Below, in pieces: positions 1 through 11,562 of a stretch of DNA of 64,000 bases. A model generated the notes under the pieces. It ran no database searches and had not been told where the DNA came from. It saw only the letters and a program-made list of their open reading frames with translations. Location: positions 21,950,001 through 22,014,000 of the forward strand of contig NC_058383.1 in the NCBI RefSeq assembly GCF_018350175.1. Reading direction: 5' to 3'. The translations under genes and the position numbers were made by a program. How positions within the stretch are numbered: the first letter of the stretch is position 1; each line of letters starts with the position of its first letter. Source of the stretch: Felis catus (Eukaryota).

Positions 1-559
1 TTGACAGCCAGGCCATGGACAACCAAGGGTGGTGTCGCTTTAGTCACCCATCAGAGGAGGTAAAATCCGACCTGTGACTTCAATCACTACAATCTCTCAA
101 GGCTATTTATCTGGGACCAATGAAAGTGACCACCAGATTTAACAAGAGCCCTTTAAAAATGTCTCTTTGGCATTGGCCCCAGAAGCTGTGGAAAAGGTCA
201 GGAAAGAAGTTAATGAATTACCCACAAGGCCACACTCTTCACTGGACGTGGGAGCCTTGGTGGGTTAATTATCATCTCAGTGGAGCTCAGTTACAGTGTC
301 CAGGCAGACCCTCCAGAGAGTGTTTAATATAATAAACAGGGTCCAAACCACGGAATGTTCATGACATAAAATTCCCTAGACATGCCACTACTCCACATTT
401 TTCACACTGCATATCTTCCTTTATCAAGGTAATCCCTTATTCCCACAGAGTAATTACAGCTCCATTTCTACTTTTTCCACTTAAATGCAGTCAGCGGGGA
501 TCTCCCCAAGCTTTATTCACTGGCTGGGGCTTGGACTCTTTCTTCTGCACTCACAGCAG

Positions 560-730
560 AGTCTTGACCTAGGTTACACATGAAAACAACCTGCGAGCTT
601 GAAAAGGCCCCATCACCCGGCCCTGTCCCTAGAGATTCAGACTTCAGTGGCCTGGGGCAGGGCCCAGGCATCATGAGATTTAAAGCCCATCGGATGATTC
701 CGATGGACAGCCAGGGTCGAGGCCCACTCA
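560..730. mobile_element. MER5-like hAT-Charlie MITE remnant
   Basis: ccctagagattcagac...ggggcagggcccaggcatc...gatgattccgatggacagccaggg resembles the MER5A core. Confidence 0.5.
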
Positions 731-1064
731 CTTATGGCCTGGACGTGTTCATGGGCTACACCACAGCTCCTCCAAACAGGTTTTCTCCAAGTCTCTCTTG
801 GTTCCACCTTTCTAAAATCCTAATCTGATAGAACATTCCATGATGATGGAAATACTCGTATAGGGACTGGAAAGAGAATAAAGCAACTGAGGCAGGTAGG
901 GGGCAAATTTTAAGGAAGCTTTTACTTTCAGATTCAGACTCTCCACTTGCATGATCCTGGGAGTGAGTGTCTCCTTAAATTAAAAAATACATATATATAT
1001 AAAATATATAATTTTATATTTTAATATAATAACATATAGTTTTAAAATGTATATATACATATTA

Positions 1065-1416
1065 TTTTTTAAATGTTTACTTATTTTTGAGAGAGAGAGA
1101 GAGAGATAGAAAGAGAGAGACAAAGCACAAGTGGAGAAGGGGCAGAGAGAGAGAGGGAGACACAGAATCCGAAGCAGGCTCCAGGCTCCGAGCTGTCAGC
1201 GCAGAGCCTGATGCAGGGCTTGAACCCACGGGCTGTGAGATCATGACCTGAGCTGAAGTTGCATGCTTAACCAACTGAGCCACTCAGGCACCCCGTTAAT
1301 ATATATATTTTTTAAGATTTTATTTTCAGGTAATCTCTACACCCTATGTGAGGCTCAGACTCACAACCCTGAGATCAAGAGTCACGTGTTGCACTGACTG
1401 AGCCAGCCAGGCACCC
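1065..1416 (-). mobile_element. Two adjacent carnivore SINEs (about 1065-1293 and a shorter, older type at about 1305-1416)
   Basis: T-rich tails and reverse-complement tRNA-like heads (…gagccactcaggcacccc; …gagccagccaggcaccc); the first also has an (AG)n tract. Confidence 0.85.
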
Positions 1417-1477
1417 TGCCTCCTTAAATTTTGGACCTTGGGTTCCTCACCCTAATATTGGCCTTGGTTAATATGGC

Positions 1478-1720
1478 ACATGCTTTCTCTGTGGGGACCA
1501 TATTGCCTCCAAGGAGATAAAAATTGGTTCCTGGTTGGAGGTGGGGTGGGAAATCTTGCTGTTTTTATGTTTGAAGCACAGATATACATATAGCACATAC
1601 AGAGATGCATACTACATCTGTGTTATTAACACTTCATGGTGGTGGCAATCGGGAAAAATGTCTAAATGAAAAGTCTTCTTGGGGAAGCAACAGTGAAAAA
1701 AAGGTGGGAAAACACTGATA
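1478..1720. mobile_element. hAT-Charlie (Charlie4-like) non-autonomous element
   Basis: aaaattggttcctgg...cacagatatacatatagcacatacagagat...aaaaatgtctaaa...aaaaaaggtgggaaaacactg resembles the recalled consensus and terminal repeat. Confidence 0.5.
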
Positions 1721-2007
1721 TAGGACATTGAGCGTAAGTGCTATTGAGCCTGTGAAATGTAGCTAGTGGGACTAAGAAACTGAATTTTAAATTACATCGA
1801 ATTTTAATTAAATTCTCTTTAAATGCCTACCTATGCCTGCTGGTTACCACGTTACACAAGCACAGGTTGAGAGGATGGACAAGACAAGTGAGATTCCTGC
1901 TCTGGTCCAAAGCACAGACATGTCCTGGAAATGAATGGATTCTCCCAAGCAGTTCACAGTGTAAGTATTGATCCACTCATTCACACAGTCTCTCAGAGCC
2001 CAACACA

Positions 2008-2465
2008 TATTACCAGACCCCAGATTCTGCTGCCTGTTGCCCAAAGGCCAGTGCTTAAGAGATGAGCTTTGACTGGAAAGGAATATGAGCTTTATTTATT
2101 CGGGAGGCTGGCCACTTGAAAACAAGGTGGCCTCTTGTCCAAAGGTCAACTGTGGGGTTTCCGCCTGGCCCAGGAATTTTTAAAGGGGTTTGAGGCAGTT
2201 AATCAGTAAAGGCAGTGCAATGGTCCATAACATTTCTTGATTACGTGCAGACTGGTGTCAGCTCTAGATGGTTATCTCAGTGCTCAGACATTGTGCAAGG
2301 GTGTTGGTCTGGTTCCTTAGTGCCCCGGGGATTGTGCAAGTGGGTCTAGTTTCTGTTTCATGACGTGTAGGAGGGCTCTGTTCTTTCTAGGAAAGAATGC
2401 GTGATCTATAGATATATGAAGAAAGGTTAGTTAATCACTCATGTGAGCTAAAGGCATTTGCTACA
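2008..2465 (-). mobile_element. ERV1-type solo LTR (degraded)
   Basis: Begins ta/ttacc and ends ctaca. Carries a reverse-strand poly(A) signal (tttatt near 2092) and a reverse TATA-like ttttaaa (near 2178) in LTR order. No clear TSD. Confidence 0.55.
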
Positions 2466-2734
2466 GTTTAAAGACTACTGGGTTGGCTGGAAGGGCCGAA
2501 GTGGCTCCATCACCAGCCATGTGCCACAGAGGCGCAGACAGGAAGCAGGGCACAGGAAAAAGAAAAGTTAAACCCAACAGGGACAAATATTCTATAAAAG
2601 GATAATGAGGACACTGTCCTAGGGGAAAATGATCTCCTAGCCATGTGACTGTCCTCATCGAGGGGTACTTGTAACATCTGCCACACCCTGTCTCATGACC
2701 AGGACGCTTTGCATTTATGAAAGTTAACTTTTCC

Positions 2735-2962
2735 GGGGCGCCTGGGTGGCGCAGTCGGTTAAGCGTCCGACTTCAGCCAGGTCACGATCTCGCAGTCCGG
2801 GAGTTCGAGCCCCGCGTCAGGCTCTGGGCTGATGGCTCAGAGCCTGGAGCCTGTTTCCGATTCTGTGTCTCCCTCTCTCTCTGCCCCTCCCCCGTTCATG
2901 CTCTGTCTCTCTCTGTCCCCAAAAATAAATAAACGTTGAAAAAAAAATTAAAAAAAAAAAAA
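2735..2962 (+). mobile_element. Young full-length SINEC_Fc-type SINE
   Basis: CpG-rich near-consensus body and A-tail. Perfect 16-bp TSD gaaagttaacttttcc at 2719-2734 and 2963-2978. Confidence 0.95.
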
Positions 2963-3279
2963 GAAAGTTAACTTTTCCTTACAATTTGCTGGCTTTGCTC
3001 TCCTCCATAGCCCCATCTTAAACTTGAATCACTTCACTTGTTCATCCTCACCAGGCTCCCCAGCGATGCAGCTGGATGCAACTGTTTCCTACTCTCCAAT
3101 TCACGGGGCCTCTGCATTCTGCTCCAAAGGTCCCTTCCTGTTCCCACAGTTGTCCAAGCTGGAGACACTCCCTGCTCCCTCCCACAATTCTCCAGCCTAG
3201 AGCTGTTGTGCCCTCAGGAGCCCCTGATGAACAGGGTGTACTCCATCCCTGCTTCTCCATAGCTTTTTTTTTTTCCATA

Positions 3280-3545
3280 ATGATAAACATCTATTATCTC
3301 AGTAAGTATCTGTGAGTCAAGAGTTCGGGAGTAGGTGAGTTGTGTGATCCTGGCATGAAGTCTCCCATGACGTTGCAGTTGGGATGTCAGCAGAAGATCA
3401 GTCATCTGAAGGTTTGAGTGGGGCTGGAGAATCCACTTCCAAGATGGCTCCCTTCACTCACATGGCTGGTGAGTTGGTGCTGGCTGTTGGTGGATGCCTC
3501 AGTTGCTTGCCACACAGACCTTCACTTAAGGCTTCTTGAGTGTTC
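3280..3545. mobile_element. MaLR LTR (MLT1-like) fragment
   Basis: agtcatctgaaggtttgagtggggctggagaatccacttccaagatggctc...cacatggctgg is typical of MLT1. Confidence 0.65.
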
Positions 3546-3548
3546 TTT

Positions 3549-3810
3549 TTCTCCAGCTTTTTCTTTTTTTCTTCATTATCATTTTATTTTTAATTTACAT
3601 CCAGGTTAGTTGGCATATAGTGCAACAATGATTTCAGGAGTAGATTCCTTAGTGCCCCTGACCCATTTAGCCCATCCCCCCCTCCCACAACCCCTCCAGT
3701 AACCCTCTGTTCTCCATATTTAAGAGTCTCTTATGTTTCATCCCCCTCCCTGTTTTTATATTATTTTTGCTTCCCTTCCCTTATATTCATCTGTTTTGTA
3801 TCTTAAAGTC
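3549..3810 (-). mobile_element. 5'-truncated carnivore/felid L1 3' UTR
   Basis: T-rich tail plus caatgatttcaggagtagattccttagtgcccc...ccctccagtaaccctctgtt. TSD cttgag(t/g)gttcttt at 3535-3548 and 3814-3827. Confidence 0.8.
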
Positions 3811-3848
3811 TTCCTTGAGGGTTCTTTGACTTTTAAAATCTTCAGTAA

Positions 3849-4052
3849 GGGGCTCCTGGGTGGCTCAGTTCACTGAGTGTCCAACTCTTGATTTCAGCTC
3901 AGGTCATGATCTCACAGTTTGTGGGACTGAGCCCTGTGATGGGCTCTGTGCTGACAGCACAGAGCCTGCTTGGGATTCTCTCCCTCTCTCCCTCTCTCTG
4001 CCCCTCCCCTGCTCGCCCTCACTCTCTCTCAAAATAAATCAACATAAAAAAA
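3849..4052 (+). mobile_element. Carnivore SINE
   Basis: ggggctcctgggtggctcag head, CT tract and A tail. TSD aaaatcttca(g/a)taag. Confidence 0.9.
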
Positions 4053-4379
4053 TCTTCAATAAGCTTTCTCTATTTTGGTAGTACTGGAAGTATTCTTTCT
4101 TGCCCACATTATTCCTGCAGCAGAAGCCAATGCTGCTTCCTCTAGAGTTCTAGCCCCATCCCCTTGGGTGCTTCCTATGCTTTTTGAGGTGAAATTGGTT
4201 GTGGAGGATGGTTCCTTTCTCTTTACTGGGGTAGGGCTAACACTCTTTGTAGAGGCAGGGGCCTTCTTCCTTTTTCTTCTCCCATTCCCACCAAGCCTGA
4301 CAAACTATCATTTGTCTCCAGATGCCAAAGTTTGAAGCCATTTTATCTTCTACGAGATGCTCTTGAGAAAACCTGAATT

Positions 4380-4573
4380 TTATTTAATTTTAATTTTTTT
4401 TTGAGAGAGAGAGTGCATGCGCCCATGGGAGTGCGTGAGCAGGGGGAGGGGGAAGGGCAGAGAGAGAGGGAGAGAGAGAATCTTAAGCAGGCCCGACCTC
4501 ACGACTGTGAGATCATGACTCAAGCCAAAATCAAGAGTCACACACTCAACTGACTGAGCCACCCAGGTGCCCC
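4380..4573 (-). mobile_element. Carnivore SINE
   Basis: TSD gagaaaacctgaatttt on both sides. Confidence 0.9.
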
Positions 4574-5375
4574 GAGAAAACCTGAATTTTAGAACAAAAC
4601 GGCAGTTTAGGTCATTAAAAATACTCTCAGCTATGCAATAATTTTATTGCATTTTCCTTCCGCTTCATCCTAAAAAAAACAACACATCCCTTATGGAGGA
4701 AGACCCCCCTTCTTTCTTATCTGTCCATTCATGTTTGAACCCACTCTTGGGGTCCCTAATCCCCCAAGATTCTCTGGACTGAGGAACGGCCAGCTCTGGG
4801 TGAGAAACACAATGAGAAGAATATGGGTATTGAATACCACAGCATTTGCTAAACCCCAAATCTGCACACTGGCTCCCAGCCTGCTTTTTGTTTGTTTGTT
4901 TGTTTGTTTTAATTTTATGTTTATGTAATCTCCACAGCCAGCGTGGGGCTCAAACTTACAACCCTGAGATCAAGAGTCCAACCAGCCAGGCACCCCTTCC
5001 ATCCTGCTTTGAAGTGAGCCTGCCTTAGTCCTGCAAGGGAGTGAGACCCGGTGCCTCCCAATGTATGACTGAGTTCTTTCCAGCGCTGACTCTCTCCCGT
5101 GCTGTGCTGCTGCCTGCTTGTACCAGCTCACAAGAGGAAATGGTCACGTTTTCAGGACTTTTGCAAGCTGGCTGTTACACACGGCCTTTATTAAAAATTA
5201 AGTTATAGGGGCGGTGGGGTGGCTCAGTCAGGTGAGTGTCCACCTTTGGATTTCGGCTCCGGTCGTGATCTCATGCTTTATGGGACGGAGCCCCACACTG
5301 GGCTCTGTGCTGACCGTGCAGACTCTGCTTGGATTCTCTCTCTGCCTCTCTCTCTGCCCCGCCCCTGCCTGTGCT

Positions 5376-5408
<33 letters not shown>

Positions 5409-6076
5409 AAAATAAATAAACTTAAAAAAATTAAGTTATATAAACTTATGATTAGCTGAATTATATTTTAAAAGGCAACAAATACTCCAAACTTATTGCT
5501 TCCAGATAGTTTTATATTTTGCTATTATCACGCCCTTGAAGTATATAGATATGTACTTCTATGCATATATGTATATATCAAACATCAATACTACATATTA
5601 TTTAGCATATATTTGCATAAATATTGTGGAGATACTATAAGATGGGGGACTACTGAACGTCTCTTGCAACCCCCAACTCTGCATCCCATGACATCATATC
5701 GGTAGCTTGAAATCAGCTGCAACTGAGTATTCACGCCATGGAAATCAGCCAGTACATCAAATCAAAGGTTGATTTATTGTTTTGTTGATTAAATGTCTAG
5801 ACTTTAGAAGGTGATAGAGAAAGTTTTAATAATGCAGATTAAACATAAAAGTGTATTGTCCTGTCTGTGGCGGTTAAACACTGTGAATAGCACAAGATAT
5901 TGTGACATCATGATTGAATTGTAACCAAAGTCTGGGCACAGACACAGGAGTTCAGCCAGATCCAGCAAAAGCATTCCGTAAGAATTAAGTGCGCAGTAAA
6001 GAAAACAATCAGTAGGGTGAAAGGCACCTACAAAATGAGAGAAAATATTTGCAAGCCTTAGAACTAATAGGGGTTA

Positions 6077-6300
6077 GGGGCGCCTGGGTGGCTCCGTCAG
6101 CTGAGCGTCCGACTTCGGCTCAGGTCATGATCTCTCGGTCCGTGAGTTCGAGCCCCGCGTCGGGCTCTGTGCTGACAGCTCAGAGCCTGGAGCCTGTTTC
6201 GGATTCTGTGTCTCCCTCTCTCTGACCCTCCCCCGTTCATGCTCTGTCTCTCTCTGTCTCAAAAATAAATAAACGTTAAAAAAAAATTTAAAAAAAAAAA
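6077..6300 (+). mobile_element. Young felid SINE inserted in L1
   Basis: CpG-rich body. Perfect TSD gaactaataggggtta at 6061-6076 and 6301-6316. Confidence 0.95.
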
Positions 6301-6913
6301 GAACTAATAGGGGTTAATCTCCAGATATATAAGGAACTCTTACCACTCATGAACAAAATAACTAAGAACCAGATTACAAAATGGACTAAGGACTTGAGAC
6401 ATACCAATGGTCAATGGGTATATGAAGAATTGCTTACCATCACTAATAATCAGGGGAATGAAAATCAAAACCACAATGGGATATCATCTCCTACCTGTTA
6501 CGATTGCTATTATAAAAAAAAATCAAAAGATAGTAAGTGTTGGTGAGGTTGTGGAAAAATTGTACCCTTTGTACAGTGTTGTTAGAAATGTAAAATGGTT
6601 CAGCTGCTATGGAAAACAGTATGGACGTAGCTCAAAAAATTAAAAATAGAACTACCATATGATTCAGCAATCCCATTTCTGGTATTTATCCCAAAGAAGT
6701 GAAATCAGGAGCCTTGAAGAGATATTAGCACTCACGTGTTCCTTGCAGCCCTAGCCACAATGGTCAAGATGTGGAAAAAACCCGAATGTCCCTCGAGGGA
6801 TGAATGGAGAAAGAAAAGGTGGTATCTACATACAATGGAGTATTATTTGACTTTAAAAAGAAGGAAATCCTGCTATATGCAACAATGCAATAAATAAATC
6901 CCGCTTTGAACCT

Positions 6914-6986
6914 GGAGGACACGACACTGAGTGAAATAAACCAGTCCAGGAGGACACGACACTGAGTGAAATAAACCAGTCCAGGA
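6914..6986. repeat. Perfect 35-bp tandem duplication inside L1
   Basis: ggaggacacgacactgagtgaaataaaccagtcca at 6914-6948 and 6949-6983. Confidence 0.95.
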
Positions 6987-7289
6987 CCGTGTGATTCCAT
7001 TTATGTGAGATAGCTACAAGAGTCAAACTTTATAGCAGCAGAGAATACAACTGTGGTTGCCAGTGGCTGGAGGGAAGAAGAAAATGGGGAGCTCTCAATC
7101 AAAACGTACCAAGTTTCAGTTCTGCGATTCGACAAATGTTCTAGAGATCTGCTCTATAGCATTGTGCCGATAGATAATGATTCTACGTGGTACACTTAAA
7201 ACTGTTAAGAGGGCAGATCTCATGTTAAATGTTTTTACTACAATAAAATTTGAATTTAATTTAATGTGTTTATTGTGTTTTGTTGTATT

Positions 7290-7508
7290 TTATTTTTTAA
7301 AGTTTAGTTTTTACTTTGAGAGAGGGAGAGCAAGTGAGCAAGCACGAGTGGGGGAGGCGCAGAGGGAGAGGGAGACAGAGAATCCCAAGTAGGCTCTGTG
7401 CTGTCAGCACAGAGCCCAGCATTAGGCTTGATCTCACAAACCGTCTGACTATGACCTGAGCCAAAATCAAGAGTTGGATGCTTAACCGACTGAGCCACCC
7501 AGGCGTAC
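7290..7508 (-). mobile_element. Carnivore SINE at the L1 tail
   Basis: T tail, AG tract and head ...gagccacccaggcg. Confidence 0.88.
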
Positions 7509-8254
7509 CACAGCAATAAAGAAAAAAAAAAAAAAAAAAAAAAAGAATCCATTGGCTATGTGTTATTGTCAGTGAAGATATTTCGTATTTTATTATTTGA
7601 AAACTTTGTGATACACGTTCTTTGTATCAGTAAAATTGATAATAAGCTTAGGTTTGTGTATACACGCGTGCACTCCCTCACCCTTGCCCCCAAGCTGGTC
7701 ATTAAGCATTTAGAGGCACTGCTGAACCTGGCTGTCCGAGCAGGGTTTGGGGGGAAAGGGTGCTTCCAGCCCCGTCCCTGCCAAGCTCGGATATCTGCCT
7801 CGTGAAGGCCCTGTCCTGTGCTGGAACCGGGCTTCCTTCACCTGGGACTTCGCCCAGAAGTGCAGTTTGGCTCTCACAGTGAGGCATCCTCCAAGGAGCT
7901 GGCCACCCACGTCCCTGCCTCCTGCACACATTCGCTTCCCTCTGCCAAATCGCCAGATGTGAGACGTGTCTCGGCCCAGGAGGGAAATGGGTAAAGATGG
8001 CTGGGATCCTGAGCCCCTGAGTTGTCAGCCTCCTGCTCTCCCTGCTCGGTTAAGGGAGTTGTGTCTACACGAAACCATGGTTTCTTTTTTTCTCTAAGAA
8101 ATGTCTCTTCGTGTGTGGCCTCCAGCCATCTCCTTTAAAACCACCCGGCACACATGTATAATCCTGGCCTCTACCCAGGCCCACCAGGTTATAATCTCTG
8201 GGGGCAGAGTCTGCAATTTTAACTGCTCTACTGATTCATCATTCTTCTCCTGCG

Positions 8255-8645
8255 GGCCTGCTGTCTGCCAGGCACTGTTCTAGGCTCTGAATATGCCAGG
8301 GAACAAAACAGACAAAAATCCCTGTTTCCACGGATGTTATAGCTAACGGGGAAACACCAAATAGACAAGGTATTTAAGTAACATATATAGCATATTAGTC
8401 AGTCATAAGTGTTAGGGTGAAAAATAAAGCCGGGAGAGAGGGTAGGAAGTATGAAGGTGAAGTTTGAATAAAGATTGGAAGAGGAGTCATGTGAATATCT
8501 GGGGGAAAGGTGCTCCAGGCAGAGGGAACAGAAAACCCAACAGCCCCGAGGAAGGATTTTGCTTGGAGTGACCCATGAATAGGAGGAGGCCAATATGACT
8601 GAAGGATCCCCAGAACATTCTTCTGCACGCTAAAATGGAGAACTC
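8255..8645. mobile_element. L2 LINE 3' remnant
   Basis: tgccaggcactgttctaggctctg...aacaaaacagacaaaaatccctg...tccaggcagagggaacag. Confidence 0.7.
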
Positions 8646-9185
8646 CCTCTGTGGGCAAATGCCACTAACTTTTTCTTGTAAATTCTGCCATCCTGGGCGC
8701 ACTGACACTTCCGGAATCTTCCTCCGGTTCGTGTGTGTCTTTCACCAAGTTCTTCTTGAGTACTTAGGAGGTGCCTATGAGGTTATGAGGCTGAAAGTCC
8801 TTCCCTTGTAAGGGGGTTCCTGTTTCTTTGCCTGCAATCCAGCTCTGGGACTCTGGGACTTCATTCTTCAGCTCCTTAAGCTTTGCACCATCCTCAAAAT
8901 TCTCTTCAGTTATCCTTTATTCTCTGCTCTTGGCCACGGGGTAATAGTACTACCCAGCCTGGGTTCAGCTCCCAGAACCTCTGTCCCGGGGAAAGGCATG
9001 GGTCCCTCATTGGCCTGCAGGGGATGCCAGGAGGTTGAGTTTAGTCTTGGACATACTGAGTCTGAATAGGAGGACATGTGCAGGAGTTGGGTTGATATGT
9101 CTACGGCCCAGAAGAGAGGTCAGGAATGGAAGTACTGTTCGAAGTCAGTGGTGAACATTTGTCGAAATGCTTTTCATGTGCTAAG

Positions 9186-10332
9186 CTGGTGATTCTCAAC
9201 CCTGACTGCATATTAAAAGCACCAGAAGGGCTTTTAGGGGCACCTGGCTGGCTCAGTAGGTAGAGCATATGACTTTTTTTTTTTTAATGTGTATTTATCC
9301 TTGAGAGACAGAGAGAGATAGAGCATGAGCAGGGGAGGGGCAGAGAGAGAGGGAGACACAGAATCCAAAGCAGGCTCCAGGCTCTGAGCCATCAGCCCAG
9401 AGCCTGATGCGGGGCTCAAACTCTCGAACCATGAGATCATAACGTGAGCCGAAGTCAGATGCTTCGGCTCAGCCGAAGTCACCGACTGAGCCACTCAGGC
9501 TCCCCTAGAGCATGTAACTCTTAATCTCAGAGTCGTGAGTTTGAGCCCCAATGTTGGGTGCAGAGATTAATTAAAAAAATAAATAAACTAAAAAAAAAAT
9601 ACAAGGGTCCTACTTCAGACCAATTAGCATTGAATCTTTGGAGGTGAGGCCCAGGCATCTGTGTATTTTAAAAGTTCCTTACATGATGCTATTATGGAGC
9701 CAGGGTTGAGAAACACTGTGATAAGTAATGGGGTAGATTGGTGTTTCTCAACCTTGGTGTCACATGGAACAATTTAGGGAGTTTTTGAACATATTGCTGC
9801 CTGGGTTTTACCCGTAGAGAGATAACTGGTTTGGGTGCAGGTGGACCTGGGGATTTAAAAAAGCTCCCCAGGGCTCCTGGGTGGCTCAGTCAGTTGAGCA
9901 TCTGACTCTTGATTTTGGCTCAGGTCATGATCCCAGGGTTGTAGGATCGAGCGCCTCGTTGGCCTCCATGCTGAGTATAGAGACTGATTGGGATTCTCCT
10001 TAATATTCTCTCTCTCTCTCTCTCTCTGGGCATCTGGGTGGCTCAGTAGGTTAAGCATCCGACTTTGGCTCAGGTCATGATCTTGCAGTCCATGAGTTCG
10101 AGCCCCACGTTGGGCTTGCTGCTGTCTGCCCATCAGTGCAGAGCTCACTTCAGATCCTCTCTGCTCCTCCCCTGCTTGCGATCTCCCCCAAATAATATAC
10201 AAAAACAAAGATTCTCTCTCTCCCTCTGCCCCTCCCCTACTCACACACTCTCTCTCAAATTAAAAAAATAATAATAAAATAAAAATTAAAAAGCTCCCCG
10301 GGTGATGTAGTCAACATTGAGAACCACTGAGC
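9186..10332. mobile_element. Two MER5-like MITEs hosting four SINEs (9237-9600 + split by 9274-9505 -; 9870-10285 + containing 10028-10207 +)
   Basis: MER5 termini gtgattctcaacc/ggttgagaaacactg and gtgtttctcaacc/ttgagaaccactg. TSDs tagagcat(a/g)t(g/a)act and aaaaagctcccc. Confidence 0.75.
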
Positions 10333-11514
10333 TGGGTGCTGCACGCTTAGGAGGAGAGGATTACAAAGATGAGCCAGAAATCTTTCCCACGTCCAGAATC
10401 TCACTTTGTCAGAAAAGGCACCGTAAACCAAAAGTTTGCCACCGTACCGGAAAAAAAATTCCAGTTGACTTCCGGTTGCTCCAAATCCTTGTCAACACTC
10501 ACTATTGTCTGCATTTAAAATTTTAGGCGTGCCAGTAGATGTACAGTAATATCTCACTGGCATAAATTGTAAATTTGTTCATACTTCTTCCTGCTCCGCT
10601 GTCTGCAATTCTCTGTTGCTTTTGGATGAAGCTCAGAGTTGTTACCATGAACTTGGAAAAGGTACTTGCTGAGTCCCCTGCTTACCTCTGAGACTCACAG
10701 GTATTTCATGCTCTAGCCACATGGAACTACTTTCAGCAACCTCAACGCACTATGTTTTCCTCGCTTTTGCATTTCTCTGTCTGTTAGTACCTCTGCCTAG
10801 AACATTCCTCACCCTTCTTTCATTGGGTCCATCCCTATTTTCCTGTCCTTAACTTAGAGGTCAATTGCTCCAGATGTCACTGACCGCCTCTTTCCACTCC
10901 TAGACTCCGTCCTATCTTTCCTGGAATACCCCATTTTCCCCCCTCCTGCCCAGTTTCCCCACCCCCAACCTGATGAACCCCTTCCAGCTGATTAGATTTC
11001 CAAGTCAGCCCCCATACTCTTGCCATCAAAAAAATGGGGTCTTTCTCTGCTCCCTTGAATAATTACCCATATAAGGAAAATATTATGCCCATTTTACAGA
11101 CAAGCAAACCGAGCCCAAGATCACATGGCTTGTAAGTGACATAACTATATTCAAGGGCAAGAGTTCTGGCTCCAGACCGTAAGCTCTTCCCACTAGGCTG
11201 TGGGAATCTGGCTGCCATGGGCGTGCTTGTCTATAGCTCTTCTTGCCCCGGACTCTCTTCTGACAAGGAGCATCACCTGTCTTCTTTAGGGGGAACTCCT
11301 ACTCTCATTCTAAGGGGGATTGCCAACCACAACATGCCCTGCTCCTGTGGCTTCAGGGCATCAGACCTGACCAAGAAAATTGGAGCCTTCCTTGCAATTT
11401 TCTGAATTAAAACTTATGAAACGTTGGGTGAAGCTGACAAGAGGTGATGAATTGCCATGTTTTCAGCTTCGTGGAGAAAACAGGTCTGAAAAAAAAGGAA
11501 GTACCACCCACCTG

Positions 11515-11517
<3 letters not shown>

Positions 11518-11559
<42 letters not shown>
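11518..11559. repeat. (TG)n microsatellite
   Basis: About 21 TG units. Confidence 0.95.

Positions 11560-11562
<3 letters not shown>

Larger units (their letters stand above)
5990..7250 (+). mobile_element. L1 3' portion (end of ORF2 plus 3' UTR, L1MA-like)
   Basis: gagaaaatatttgcaa...atgaaaatcaaaaccacaatgggatatcatctc...aaaattaaaaatagaactaccatatgattcagcaatccca...agatctcatgttaaatg...caataaaa. Confidence 0.9.
5100..7725. mobile_element. MER63-like hAT-Blackjack element split by an L1 and SINEs (arms about 5100-5985 and 7545-7725)
   Basis: Left arm taccagctcacaagag...gtagcttgaaatcagc...aaagcattccgtaagaat. The right arm resumes aagaatccattggctatg...tatcagtaaaattgataataa. A SINE at 5208-5430 (+) has TSD aaaaattaagttata. 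Confidence 0.65.

Noticed and set aside
1..510. Possible retroviral internal sequence at the window start
   Set aside because: No gag/pol/env motif could be read in any frame; left unassigned.
2735..2820. tRNA-like A/B boxes (here and in all SINE heads)
   Set aside because: These are tRNA-derived SINE heads followed by CT tracts and A tails, not tRNA genes.
4057..4335. Stretch open on both strands (86 aa +; about 80 codons - reading RRKRKKAPASTKSVSPTPVKRKEPSS...)
   Set aside because: Considered as a processed-pseudogene fragment, but I recognise no parent protein and see no poly(A) or TSD. A blastx search would settle it.
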